Part shown: positions 1 through 15,504 of the stretch, one piece after another | How positions within the stretch are numbered: the first letter of the stretch is position 1 | How the letters are laid out: each line of letters opens with the position of its first letter | NCBI GenBank assembly: GCA_039621445.1 | Contig: CP154954.1 | Coordinates: 17,204,589-17,268,588 of the forward strand | Source of the DNA: Euglena gracilis | Taxonomy: Eukaryota | Direction of reading: 5' to 3' | Length of the DNA stretch: 64,000 bases | Notes under the pieces: model-generated | Database searches by the model: none | The model's input: only the letters and a program-made list of their open reading frames with translations | Told to the model about the DNA's origin: nothing | Made by a program: the position numbers and the translations under genes

Positions 1-2370
1 CGGCTCAAAAACAGTTTTTCCGGGTCCGGGAGGCCAAAAAACATCGTTTTGGGCAAACAAAAAATTTCGATTTTTTTCGACTTTTTTGACCGAAAACGGC
101 CAAGTCGGACAGAGGGAAAAGTGTACAAAATGGCCTAAATTGGCTGAAAAACGGCCGTATCTCGAGCCAGGCGGTGAGCTGCGGGGAAACCAAAATCTCA
201 GTAGATAGAGCGTTCCAAGGGCTTCAATTTAGGTCTCTGGACATTTCCTTTGATTTTGCATCATTTTCGAGAATCAACGGTGACATGTAATCTTTGCCGC
301 TAACTGCAGGGCCTCGAGTCAGCCGCTGAAAATATGCGGGACACACACTGGATGACAGGAACGCACGCCCTTCGCCGCCTGCGTTGGAAATCCCAATCCA
401 GATGGACTCACACCCAGCACCGAACCGCGCACACCTGCGCCTGCGGACATACACACTTCGTGTAGGTTGAGGGCTGGTTGAGGGAACCTGTGGCCTCGGA
501 TGAAAACCCAGGCAGAGACGTGATGCTTCACGCAAGTGTCGTGCGCATGTGCGCGCGTTGCTCACCCCTCAGCTCTTCGTCTGCGTGGCCCCTATTTGAG
601 GCCCCTGCCAGCAAGCACGACGCAGGGAGGCAGCCACTGTCCCCAGGCCCAGCACCGGGCGGCTGAGCCACAGAAGAGGTGTTTTGGTGGCCGGGGTTAC
701 GCGACTGTCCGCCCAATTGGGGGTCTCTGAGAAAAGAGTCACATGTCTGAAAACGCACTGAACGGGCGGTTAAACCTCATTGAGCTGCACGGTAGAAACG
801 TCCAACACGTTCTGAAACGCACCCCAAAGCGCTCTGATTTATTGCGACGGCTGACAGCTGACATTGGTACGGCAGTCGCAAGGCCTGATTTTGAGATACT
901 CCCCAAACAGACCAGGTTTCCAGATGGCGCACAACATGAACACTTGCCAAAATAGAAAGCATCCAGGACCCAAAGTCAAAAAAACAAGGCCTTGCCCACG
1001 TTAACACCCACTTTGCCCACCAACTGGGTTCCTGCAACCCCCGACCAGGTGGTCGTACGGCCAGGTGCCAAAAACAGCCAAATTTTCAAAGCCACCTACA
1101 ACCCCGACCAGGGGGCGGGTCGTACACACCCCTTACCAGCAACCCCCGACTGGGGGGTGGCCGTTGTTTAGGAGTGGTCGGTGGGCAAAGGGGGGGGTAA
1201 GGATGCCAAAAAAAAGGTCATCATTTCCTGGAGTTTTTTTGCCCGGCAGTAGCAGCACCGCACCCCCAAAAACTGTGCGCCTTTGGAAAAAATCTGGTCG
1301 AAGATATGATGTTTTTTCTGTGGGAATTATTTCCAGCAAAAATTGGGCAGAGATCTAAAAGGCCAGAAATTGCCAATTTTTGACAAAATTTTTAAAAATT
1401 GGCAAATTTGCAACAAAATAACGAAAAGAACACCAGGGTTCCTTGTACGTTACCGAAACTCATTTTGCCATTTTAGATTTATACGGAAAAACTGCAGAAA
1501 GGGAAAAAAATGCGAAAAAAAATTCGGAAAAAATCGGAAATTGCGGAAAAATTGCAGATATCAATTTACCCCTGCAGAAATGCAAAAAAAAAAAAATGGC
1601 GCAAAGCACTGGATGGAAAATTTTGATCTTTTAAGGGGGTCCCCGGTGCCCCCCTCCCCGCATTCAGTCTGAACCTCCCTTGGAAGATGGGGGGATCTGG
1701 ACCCCCACTCAAATCCAAGGGGGGGGGCACCCCCCACCTGAACCCATACACCCTCCTTATATTGCTTATATTGAACCCTACCTTGGGGTGCTCCCAGGGG
1801 GGAGGGGGTCTGGCAAAACCAAATGTGTGTGTGTGTGTGCATGCATGTGTGCGTGCGTACGTGCGTGCGTACGTGCGTGCGTGCGTGTGTGCGTGCGTGC
1901 GTGCGTGCATACGTGCGTGCGTGCGGGTGCAGAAGGAATTGTGGGTGGCTAGCGCTAGTGCTGCCACCATTCCATAGACTGCTCCCAGTCAAGTCTGGCT
2001 TCAGGGCAGGAGAGCCCAATGGCGTGCTGGGTTGCCCACCCGCCGTTCTCTGCTCTGCAGGAGAGGATATCGTATAACAAGGCCCACAACAGGACTGCCT
2101 CTGAAATGAGCCGCGCGTCGGGGGGAGGGGGTGGACATATGGCACAGCAGTACCCCACTGAGGTGTAAGGGGAGTATCAGTGCGGCTCTACAACTCCGTA
2201 GGGAGGGGAAGAGGGAACTTTGGGAGGGGGGGTCAAAAGAGGGTGTGACCTTCCTGAAAAGCCTGAATTTTTCGTTGATACCCCCCAGGCATTTGTTCAT
2301 TTGCATTAACACTAATCTCTTAACTGTTCGTTAACAAACACCTCTACCTGTTTCTGCCTGCCTCTCTGCC

Positions 2371-3707
<1,337 letters not shown>

Positions 3708-6700
3708 CAGTCATGTCGGTCACTCCCAGTCATTTCATAGGTATTTGGTGGCAGGCACTCCTTGAGGAGGTACGATGGACAAGTTTAGGCAAAAATGCAA
3801 GCCCCCCCCAAAAAGACAAGAGGAGACCAAGAATCGCCTTGCCAAAAGGGGTTGAGGGCTTCCCCAAGTCAACAGAACAAAAAAGCAGTCGGGGGGTGGG
3901 GACACACCAGCAACCTTGCATGTCCCCACATCCAATGGCACGGCGCAGGGATGGGCGGGCGAGTGGCGCCGACAGGCCCGCCGCCCAGTCAGCTCCCGGC
4001 GGGCCGAAATCCGCTGTGCACTGGGCCGCAGCCCTGTCCTCCGAAGTCGCATGCCTGCAGCGCAACGCGATACCTAACCCCCCCCCCCTCCCCGGAAGCA
4101 CAGCCCAACAACGTTCCAGGGATATGCCGTTGATACGGGGGGGGGGTCTACAACCCAGTCGGGGAGCTGTTGGAATCGACGGGGCAGGTTTGCACCCCAG
4201 CAGCCTGGGCTCCCTGACGCCAAAAGCAGGCAATGCTCAAGTCAACTTTGGCCGAGAATGCCAGGGAGGGTGGCTTCTCCGATATTGGGGGGTTCGTTTG
4301 CTGGAAGCATTTGGTAGCAGAACTGCAGAAGCAGAACTGCGGGGAGAAGGCTTCCCATATTCGATGCCTTCCAGGGGAAAACTAGTGATGAATTCTGAAC
4401 CCCCCACCCCTCGTCCAACAACCATCATTATTCCCCAACTGTCTTTGGCTAAATTCAGCCACTTTGGCCACTTTCTTGGCATTCTTTGGCCGCTTTTGCC
4501 ATTTTTTAGTCACCGTTGGCCATTTTGCCCAGCTTTTGGGAGACTTTTGGCCGTTATCACAATCTTCATGCACAACATGTACAAACATCCAGAAGGAATA
4601 GCAGCTTTTAGAAAAATAAGTCCATTTACGTCAATTTTTACCCATTTTGGGTAAACCGTTTTCGTTGGGGCATCGGCCTTTTTTCGACGTTTTTGGCATT
4701 TTCAGCCAGTTCATGATTGCTTTTGCCGTTTTTTGGGAGTGGGGCAGAAAAAAAAATACCGAAACTTATGAAATCAACAACTGGCCTGAGGGGGTGTTCG
4801 TTGGACAAGCCCAGTTGCTGTTGCTGGGGGGGAGAGGTAAATGTTTTTGTCAATGTCATCCACCAGGCAAAATTCCGAACTATTCTTACAAAATTGATTC
4901 TTCGTCAGGTGTTCAATTGTCCACGTCTGTCAATGACCCAACTTTTTTAAAAAGGGGGGGCAGAGCATATGGAGAGCCGGCCACGCGGGTTGATGTCGGG
5001 GCAACCAATGGTCCCCCACGGCAACGGAGGGGAGGACTGGGAGCCATAGGGGGACTTCGGGGAACGATGAGGGAGAGGACCCCCGGGTTTAGATGGGTCG
5101 GGACTTGGGGGCAGTGCTGGACATCACGCTGGCCATGAGGCAGGCACAGCATCCAACTCCCTGCCCACCATGAGCCGTCTGTGGTCAAAGCAGGCAAACA
5201 TTATTTTTAGGACACCTAAAAAACGTATAAAAAAAAAAACTTTAAAAAACGGCCAAATGTTTAGTACCTTAAACCCCTGAAAACCCCCCGTAAAAAATCA
5301 TTCTGGCAAAATCTCTTTCTGACTGATCAAAAATCCAATCGCAGAATCTCGACAAAAAAAATTTAAATCCAGAAAAGAAATTTCTGGCATCACGGGAACC
5401 GTGTCTATCCCCTCAAACTCGGAAAAATGAGGGTTTCGAGGCATTTTTCAAATGCCCAGACAGTCCTTAATAAACAAAATCCTTAAAAAATCTTAAAACG
5501 CCTTAAAGACCGTAAAAAATAAATTCAAAATAACTTAAAAATATTTTGTTTGACAAAGTTTTCCCCCAAGCAGTGCCTGAAACGCCATTTTTTTTGATAT
5601 TCTAATATTTAATGCTTCAGACCAGCGCTGCATATCAAGAGTGAAAACTGGTTGTATGGTCACTCTGTCCACCCTCTTACAGACCCAGGGGTTTTCCGGA
5701 AGCCCACCCTGCTGTATGTACAGCCCTGCTTTCAGCCATTATTTTATTCAGCATTTTTTTTTCTTAAGCCAAATATTTTCCTGGTTCCTGGTCCTTGGAT
5801 AAACCCATGCCTCTGGTCACGCATCCCCTCAAGACATCGCTGCTTACGGTAGCTCACCGATGGCTTCCAATGGACGAGGGGGGGGGGGGTCGCATCAGGT
5901 GGCTGGGAAGGGTGTTGGCTGGACCCATTGAAGCAAAGGCAAACCTGCCCTCCGTCTGAGGCGGGGTGGCTTCTGCTCCACTGCCACCCCGCAGCCGGAA
6001 ATGGAGGCTGTGGGCAGCCGGCCCCCGCCCATTGCCGAAATAGCTCATCGGGTTCGGTCGCTTTCCCAAATCGACAAAAAGTGGCTCGCATCGTGCGGGA
6101 AACATTTGTGGCGGCGCGGGACTTGACGTCGCCAATACACGCGAGCACGTGGCAACCACTGCTAGTTTTGGCATTCACTGATGCAACCGATTCAAAAGAA
6201 TTCCCGCTGGTGCTCGTGGGCACGTCCACCCTTGTCACCCTTGTCAGCCAGCACTGCCCCCTGCCACTAGGTGAGTATGATGAGCCTGCAAGACGGAGAG
6301 CGGGGGCAGGCCACAGCATCCATCAGCGAAATGTTACTGACCAAACCCCTCTGCCGTAGAGTCTCCCGGCTGGAACTGGCTTGATGTGGGGTCGAGCCGG
6401 GCACCACAAAAAGACCGAAACATAAAAAAAAGCCTAAACACCAGCAAATCATACAAAAAAAATCGATTTTGACCAAATTTTGAGCTAGGCAGTCTTTATC
6501 CGACCGATTTTTACCAATTTCCCCGTTTTACCCGTTTCGACCCAGTGTTCACCTTTGAAGGGAAAGAATACACCACACTCCAGCCGCCCTTCAGGAATTG
6601 CACAAGAAGAAGAAGGAAACTGCACAAGAAATAAAACCCGGCTCTGGAGGGGAGGGGGTCCGAGGCTGGGAAAAGACGCTGGATAGCTGGCTGGACACAC

Positions 6701-6935
6701 CGGGGGCGGCGGGCAAAAGTTCCTGGGCTCTGCAACCATCATCACAAAACCGGAATTCTTCCCCCCATGTGCTTGGTCAAGATGGGATATGAGGCCAGGG
6801 GATGAGGGCAACTTCACGCGCATGCGCGCACGCACACACACGCGCGCGCGCGCGCACGCACACGCACGCACGCGCGCACGCATGCGCACACACACACACG
6901 CACACACACACACACACACGCACACACACACACAC

Positions 6936-6967
<32 letters not shown>

Positions 6968-7709
6968 GCACGCACACACACAAGCGGTGGCAGTTGAGGT
7001 GACAGGCAACGATCTTCAGGGTCTACCGTGCGATGTGGTCTAGGCGCAGTCCGAGCCGCTTCAGAGCCGCGCAGCTGCAGCCACAGGTCGGACTTGCCGG
7101 GGAGCTGCTGCAAGAGGCTGAATGGTGCGGCCATGTTTGGGAGGGGGGCCGGGGCAAAGACTAGCCGGAGAACCCTGTCAGGGGGAGAGCAGGTGTGTAT
7201 CTGTGATTTCTGCAGAAGCCGATGCGCAGGGCACAGCGCCCAAGTCTCACCCCATGCACCGCTTTGCCAAGTTATGAAGAATTCGGAACACTGTGGGGAT
7301 GTCCACCCCTGCAGTGCTAGTACTGCTTGGCACTGCATGGCACTGCGTGTACAGTCCGTGTGCACTGCGTGGCACTGCGTGGTACTGTGTGGGCACTGCG
7401 TGGCTGCATGGCACCACGTGGCACTGCGTGACACTCCATGGAACTGCGTGCACTGCGTGGCACTGCGGGCCGTCAAACCACTTGTTTTTTGCATCATTGG
7501 CTTTTTCGGGGCCATCAAGGGCACTTTTCTTCAAATGAGCAAAAGTGCAAAATCCCCGCAAAAACAAACCAACTCCGGGAAGAAATATGATTTCTGGCAT
7601 CGCTGGAACATTGTCCATCTACACATTTTTCGACCTGTTTCGACTTTTTTTGATTTTGGGCCACATGCAGAATCAAAAACGTTGGTTTGATGCCGCCTTG
7701 GACCGCCCT

Positions 7710-7943
7710 GGAAATGGGGTTTGGGGGGGGGCCTTCTTCTCTATGGGTTCCAAAATGGGTCAAAAAAAAAACACCCGGCGCTGAAGGTGCCGGGGAAACA
7801 TTTTGGGGTCCAAAATCTTGTGCCACCAGAACAACGGGAAGAGGTGGGGGGTCAACCCCCCTACCCACCATGCAGGGGGTGGGGGGTGGTCGACCCCCCC
7901 CCCCCACCGCCCTGGCTGTTTGGCCGATTCCCGTTCTACCCTG
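7710..7943. mobile_element. MITE family B, truncated (right end only)
   Basis: Matches ~9200-9407 and ends TTCCCGTTCTACCCTG. Confidence 0.75.
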
Positions 7944-8543
7944 GGTTTGGGTTAAAGGAAAGGTTAGGGTTCGGGTAAGACTGTTCGGCTGAAATCAGGT
8001 ACAAATTAGGTGGAAATTACGACCTGGGGGAGCGCTTGGTGATGAGATTAGACCGGGATGGGCAAGCTGGCAGGTCATGTCACAAATTTCGGCAGGCCAG
8101 ATGCTAAATAGATCGAAAAGCCCAAAATGGTGATCAGAGTCAATCTTGGAGACACTTTTTGCACATTGGGGAGGGGGTGAATACCTGGGGGGGAAATATT
8201 TACTCCTGGGGGAGGCATCTGAGGGCACAAATAGCACTGACTACATGCAGCCGCTGTAAATTAAACCCAAACACGGCAGGCATAACTGAATCCTTCCCTG
8301 GAAAACCGTTTGGGTGCCTGGCTGTGTCATCCTCGCTTTCCTTTGAAGTCAATGAAAGGTGGCTGGCTGGGATTCTGCCACCGGAGGGGCACGCCGGTCA
8401 ATGCCCAATGTGCGCCACCGCCGTGTGTGCGGCATCGCCGAAGCGCACCGGAACTGCACTCCAGTTCCAGCCCAGGAACGCTCGTCCAACACGTGTGTTC
8501 CGGTGCCGGAACACACGTCCACGGCCGGTGGCCGACTCGCCAC

Positions 8544-9511
8544 CAGGCTGTTTTTTTACCCCCCCCCCCGTGGGAGAGGGGGGGTCCGGAGTGCCTTGGG
8601 GTGCCTGCCCAGGCACCCGGGGGGTGTGGGGGGGGGGGGGGGGGGGGGGCGGATTTCGGCCTGTGCCCAGGCACACTCCTTTGAAAATAGGCCATTTTTG
8701 GATCCCCGGCGCCTTTGGCACCAGGGTCTGCTAGGGCACTTTTGGCCATGTGCCCTACCCCCCCCGGCAGGGCAGAACGGGAAGGCCTGGTGGGGAGGGG
8801 GGTCGACCCCCCACCCGGGAGGTGGGGGGGGGGGGGGGGCGACACCCCCCCCCCCCCCCCACAACATTTTCACCCATTTTGGGAAAACAGGCATTTGAGC
8901 CAGAAAAAATTTGAATCTTTTTTTTTGGAAAAAATGAACCCAAAAAACACATGATTTTTTGATGGAAACCCACATTTTTCACAAAAAAAATCTCAAAAAT
9001 TTCAGGGTTAAAAATTGGTAGTTTTCAGGAGGGGGTGAAAAAAAAAAAACGAACGTCAAAGAAGTGGACCAAATTTTGGCATAATCAAATTTTACTGACA
9101 TTTTTCTCTTATTTTTTTGGACTTTCAATGGCACTTTTTGCTTCAAAAACCTCTCAAAATCAAAATTTTGAGAAAATGTTGAATTTTTGGAAGGTGTGAA
9201 AAAATGGGGTTTTGGGGGGGGGTCTTTGGGGGGGGGCCCCTATACGGGTTCCAAAATGGGTCAAAATAACACCTGGCGCCGAAAGCACCGGAAAAAAATT
9301 TTCGGGTCCAAGAATTGGTGCTCCCGGAAGTACGGGAAGAGGTGGTGGGGGGGGTCGACCCCCCCACCCACCACCCTGGCTGTTTGGCCGCTTCCCGTTC
9401 TGCCCTGCCCCCGGGGGGGGGGGGGGTCGGATCAGGAGTGCCTTGGAGTGCCCGCCCAGGCAGGCACCCCCCCCCCCGGGTGGGGTTGGCACCCGACTAA
9501 AATACGGCCTG
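8544..9511. mobile_element. hAT-type MITE (family C) containing a nested MITE
   Basis: Imperfect TIRs CAGGCTGTTTTTTTA / TAAAATACGGCCTG. Exact 8-bp TSD CTCGCCAC at 8536-8543 and 9512-9519. Confidence 0.88.
8768..9407. mobile_element. hAT-type MITE (family B), nested in family C
   Basis: Perfect 17-bp TIR CAGGGCAGAACGGGAAG / CTTCCCGTTCTGCCCTG. Flanks CCCCCCGG / CCCCCGG (TSD differing by one C in the run). Confidence 0.88.
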
Positions 9512-10711
9512 CTCGCCACGGGGGGGGGGGGGGGGCACAGGGGGGGCGGGGTGCTGGCAGAGAATACCCTGGGTCTGGGTGGCCGGCATTGGGTGGCAGT
9601 GGGTTTGCCAGCCACGTCCTCTTCCACACCAGGCACCCTCCGGCCATACAGGAAGGGGTCGAAACGCCACCAAAAATCCACTTAGTGACACCCAAAGGGC
9701 ACTTCTTCCCCAAACCCACCGACCCACCCGTACAGTACACCGGGGGGGGGGGGGGGGCCGCCCCCCCAACCCACCAAAAATCCACCAAAAATCCTGGAAA
9801 GAACTCTTGTCTGCTGAGCTGGACTGACACACCCACCCAGGGTTTGAAGGGCAGGTGGGGGGGATCGGACCACCCATCCATGGTCCAGCAGGGCAGCGGG
9901 TGGGGGGACACTTCGTCCATGGTCCAGTTTGCTGATTTTCAGCCCGGTGCAAAGCGGCGGTCAGAAAATTGCCCCAAAGCCGGCCAAAAGTGCCATTTTG
10001 GGCACTGTTAGGTAAAAATGCCTAAAATTTACGGAAAGAAAAATGAAAAAAATGACCTTTTTAGGGGCCCCGGGTACCCCCCTGAGTCGAGGGGAGCCCC
10101 CCTCCAGTCCAGGGAGGGTGGGGGGTACACCCCCACCTTACGCCGCCAACTCTCATTATATCGAACCCCTGACCCCAACCCAAATCCACACTCCCAGTCT
10201 CAAGAACCAAACGTCAAGGCGGTCCTGAACGTTAAAAAAAATACACCCCACAACATTCAAAGAAAAGCTACAGAAAGAATGGCAGGAGAAAGCTGGCATG
10301 GGTCGCTATTGGGGGGGGGGGGGGCTTCCTGGCAACCTTAGACCCCCGTCCATCCAACAAAACATCAAAAAAATGTGTTTATCACCTTTTAAATTTCGCC
10401 CTTACCGGCCGTTGGCCAGCCCTTGGGCCTCTGTCCTGAGCAAAATAAAAAAGCACGTCCTGTCCTACCCACTTCAGGGGGACACACCAGGGTTTAATGA
10501 CTCCATGCACCGACCTGGGAGGCCGGGGGGGGGGGGGGGGGGGGGTCGGACCTGCACCATACAAGGGAAAATTATCAGGCGTCGAAAGATTTTTTCACGA
10601 AAAGGCCGGTCCCCTGAATAAACCCAACATCCGCCACGCATGGCATTCCTGGGGGCTGGCAAATTGCCTTGGGTGGGGGTCTTTCGGTGAGATTAACGGT
10701 GGCACCCATCC

Positions 10712-11128
10712 CAGGGTTCGATATAAGGACAGGTGGGGGGGTGGTCCGGACCCCCCCTGCGGGCCAGGGGGGGGGGGACCCCCCCCACTTAAACAGTTGC
10801 GCGGTCTGGGTGACCGAATTTCGGCCCGGCGCTTCGCGCCGGGCCGGAAATTTTTGACCCCCCAAAACAACCAAAAGTGCCATTTTGGGCACTCTTTGGG
10901 CAAAAATGTGCCAAAAATGCAAAAAAAATATTCGGCGCAAAGCGCCGGAGGAAAAAATTGACCCTTTTTGGGGGGGGTCCCGGGTGCCCCCCGAGGGTCG
11001 GTCCGGACCCCCCTGGCAGGTGGGGGGGGGGGGGCCGGACCCCCCCTGCGGGCCAGGAGGGGGGGGGGGGGGGGGGGGGGGCACCCCCCCCACCTAAACC
11101 ATGTACGCCCTCCTTATATCAAACCCTG
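10712..11128. mobile_element. hAT-type MITE (family A), complete
   Basis: TIR CAGGGTTCGATATAAGGA / TCCTTATATCAAACCCTG. Exact 8-bp TSD ACCCATCC at 10704-10711 and 11129-11136. Confidence 0.92.
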
Positions 11129-12849
11129 ACCCATCCACTCAAACGGGGCACGATCCAAAAAAGTCAACACTGGCTTCCTGCTTGGGCCAAGAAAAAGCGA
11201 TCGGCAACATTTCTTCCCGCCACCAAAAGAAAGGCAATGGTAACATTTTTCATATAGGAGCTCACCACAGAGGATCAAATATTTCAGGAGGACAATAGCG
11301 AATCCCATACACGACCAGTTTGGAACGCTTAACTGGCAATCCAACGGAGGGAACCCCAAATCCCTAAATTTACCATTTGTTTGTGCTTATTATTTTGGCA
11401 AAAAAGCCTCAAGAATGACAAAAAATCGAGTGAGACTTGGACCAGAAAAAACATTGGTTCGAAAGTGCAGCAGTTCATTTCATGCAGCTTTTCACACAAA
11501 AAGCTGCAAAAAGGAGAAAAAAAGCTGACAAGCACAAAACTACATAAGGAATAAACCCCCCTAATGAGTGCGCAGTGGAAAAATGAAAAAGAGTGGTGGT
11601 AAATTATACAATTTGTGTTTTGCCCAAAGAAGTGCGGGGTCCGAAACTATGCATTTAAATGAAAGCACCCGTGCACATTTTGGGGGAGAGGTTACCATTT
11701 GACACAATAGAAACCCGACAATTTCATCGTTTGGTGCGGTGAGATTAGATTGAATCCAAGGGCAAAGGGTGTAGTAAGGAGTTCTCCTGGCTGTAGATCA
11801 AATTTATTCCCGATGGCACCCAAGTGGACAGACCCAGATCAAACATATAAAGTTGTTGATATATGGATGAGTGAACGGAGGGATGAAGAAACCGCTTTGG
11901 ATTCGGAGCAGGAAGCTAAAGCAAAAGAGAAAACAAGGTGGGGATATCTGCAGGTATGAAAAATCAAACTCTCCAAACACATCATTCCAGATATTCCAAT
12001 GCAACGAAGGCATTACACACAAAGGCCGCGGTGGTTCGTCTGTTGTCTGATGCAAATCCATCATAAATCGCGAAACATGAAACGAGAGGTTTGACATGGC
12101 AAGCGATACGTGATACCAACCTCTCCCCGCACCCCAGGAAACTGCTCCCAGACAAATCAGCGAGTACAGAGGTCCTCGTGAAGGCAGGTCAACGATTATG
12201 GAACCAGAGAACAATATCTGGGGTCGAGGTCAGAGGAGGAAATTTGAAATTTTTTTCGACCCCCCGGCCGACACAAAATCCGAAAAAGCGATTGCTTTTG
12301 TGATACATCCCCCCCAAAAATATCCAATGGACTCCAAAATGTCAATGTAGACGGTGCGGACAGGGGCTCTCATGGGCATGGGTTGTGTGTTCGCACTGCT
12401 TAAAACAAGCCAGATGGTCCGGACACCCCCCCCCTGTTCATTGGGCAAGGCGGTTCATTGTACATGGTGGGGAGGTACAAAATACGGTGAAAGATGCTCG
12501 CGGTTCTTTTTCAACTTGGGAAAGGACCCATTTTCAACCAAAAATAAACATGCAAAAACTCAGAAAATTGCTAGAGATACACAAAGAACGAGACAGATGA
12601 GGACTGGTCAGCGGGCAGAGGGCAGTTTCCCAGGGGGGGGGGGGGCACTCCTGGGGGGGGGTCCAACTAAGAGGCTGAAAAATTTGGGCGAGCAGCAAAA
12701 AGGCTGTTGGTTAGACCCAGCCCTCTAGAAATCCTCGCAACACCTCATCCTCCACACTGAATTGACATTGTAGAACTGCTTCTGGACCGCCATTCTGGTA
12801 AATGGTTTCTTAACAGTTTTCACTGGCAGACAGTGGCCGTTAATTCTTA

Positions 12850-13449
12850 ATATATATATGTGTATATTATATATTTATATATTTATTTCTATATATATCT
12901 ATGTATATATATATATAGATATATATATATGTATATATATATATATACATATATATACATATATATACATATACATATATATATGTATATATATATGTAT
13001 GTATGTATATATATATATTTATATCTATGTATGTATGTATGTATATATATATGTATGTATGTCTGTATGTATGTATGTATGTATGTATGTATGTATGTAT
13101 GTATGTATGTATGTATGTATGTATGTATGTATGTATGTATGTATGTATGTATGTCTGTATGTATGTATGTATGTATGTATGTATGTATGTATGTATGTAT
13201 GTATGTATGTATGTATGTATGTATGTCTGTATGTTGTATGTATGTATGTATGTATTTATGTATGTATGTATGTATGTATGTATGTATGTATGTATGTATG
13301 TATGTATGTATGTATGTATGTATGTATGTATGTATGTATGTATGTATGTATGTATGTGTATGTATGTATGTATGTATGTATGTATGTATGTATGTATGCA
13401 TGCATGCATGTATGTATGTCTGTTGTATGTATGTATGTATGTATGTATG

Positions 13450-13483
<34 letters not shown>

Positions 13484-13763
13484 TGTATGTATGTATGTAT
13501 GTATGTATGTATGTATGTATGTATGTATGTATGTATGTATGTATGTATGTATGTATGTATGTATGTATGTATGTATGTATGTATGTATGTATGTATGTAT
13601 GTATGTATGTATGTATGTATGTATGTATGTATGTATGTATGTATGTATGTATGTCTGTATGTATACATATATACATATATGTATATATGTATATATATAC
13701 ATATATATGTATATTCAGTATATATATTTCAGTATATATATACATACATGCATACATATATAT
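12850..13763. repeat. (TA)n/(TATG)n microsatellite
   Basis: Directly visible, ~0.9 kb. Confidence 0.98.
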
Positions 13764-13828
13764 GGCAGCTAGACTTTACTTGGCCCCCCCGGGGGGTCCA
13801 AGTAAAGACTCCAGGGGGGGGGGTCCGG

Positions 13829-14165
13829 CAGGGTTCGATATAAGGAGAGGAGGGGAGGGGGGGGGGTGGGGCGGACCCCCCCCGCTGTGGGCGAGAAGGG
13901 GGGGCGGGGGGGGACACCCCCCCCCACCTAAACAGTGGCGCGGTCAGGGTGACCGATTTTCGGCCCGGCGCAAAGCGCCGGGCCGGAAAATTTTGACCCC
14001 CCCAAAACGACCAAAAGTGCCATTTTGGGTACTTTTTGGGCAAAAATTGGCCAAAAATGCAAAAAAAAATTCGGCGCAAAGCGCCGGAGGAAAAAATTGA
14101 CCCTTTTTGGGGGGGGGTCCCGGGTACCCCCCGAGGGTCGGTCCGGACCCCCCTTGCAGGTGGGG
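13829..14165. mobile_element. MITE family A, right-truncated copy
   Basis: Starts CAGGGTTCGATATAAGGA; body aligns with 10712-11025. Further partial copies at ~9935-10171 and ~1595-1780. Confidence 0.8.
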
Positions 14166-14311
14166 TTTGGGTTTGGGTTTGCTTTGCCCTGCTGAAGCGC
14201 AGTGCCCACGGTCAGCAGACCCAGCATGAGTGCCAGGCCAGCTTCCGTGGGGCACACCCTATTCCAAAAAAATATCCGAATTCCCCCACCGGCCGGACCC
14301 GGGGTATGTAC

Positions 14312-14577
<266 letters not shown>

Positions 14578-14807
14578 CCGCCACATTCAATGAGAAATTC
14601 ATATGGAAAAAAATGCGTGAAAAAAGTTTTTAAAAAAAGACTACAAACGGGCCAAAGATGGTCAGAAGCGGACAAAGACGGACAAAAAAAATGGCCGAAG
14701 GTGGCCAAAAGTGGCCATGCGTGGTAAAAATTTTCAGTTAGACCCAGTTATGCCCAGTCGTGTCCAGTCACGCCCAGCCATTTTGAGGTATTTGATCGGG
14801 GGGGGGG

Positions 14808-15504
14808 GGGGCAGAACGGGAAGCCCTGGTGGGGGGGGGGGGGGGACCCCCACCCCAACCCTAACCCTAACCCTAACCCTAACCCTAACCCTAAACCCCC
14901 CCTCCTGAAAACTGCCAAATTTTAACCTGAAATTTTTGAGATTTTTGAGAAAAAATGTGTTTCCATCAAAAAAATCATGTATTTTTCATTTTTTCCAAAA
15001 AAAAAAAAAAAATAATTTTCCGGCCAAAATCCTCGTTTTCCCGAAATTGGTGAAAATGCTGTGGTGGGGGGGGTCAACCCACCTGGGTGAAGAAAATGAA
15101 TGTCAAAAAAAAATTGGACCAAATTTTGGCGCATTCAAATTTTACTGACATTTTTTCTCTTTGAAATTCTTTGGACTTTCAGTGGCATGTTTTTCTTCAA
15201 AAACCTCTCAAAATAAAAATTTTGAGAAAATGTTGAATTTTTGGAAGGTGTGAAAAAAATGGGGTTTTGGGGGTCTTGGGGGGGGGCCCTATACGGGTCC
15301 CAAAATGGGTCCAAAAAAAAAAACGCCCGCGCCGAAGGCGCCAGAAAAAAATTTCGGGTCCAAAAATTGGTGCTCCCGGAAATACGGGAAGAGGTGGTGG
15401 GTGGGGGGGTCGACCCCCCCCCACCCACCATGCAGGGGGTGGGGGGGGGATCGACTCCCCACCACCACCACCCTGGCTGTTTGGCCGATTCCCGTTCTGC
15501 CCTG
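14808..15504. mobile_element. MITE family B copy with an internal (CCCTAA)n tract
   Basis: GGGCAGAACGGGAA...TTCCCGTTCTGCCCTG; body aligns with 8768-9407; flanked by G-runs. Confidence 0.85.
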
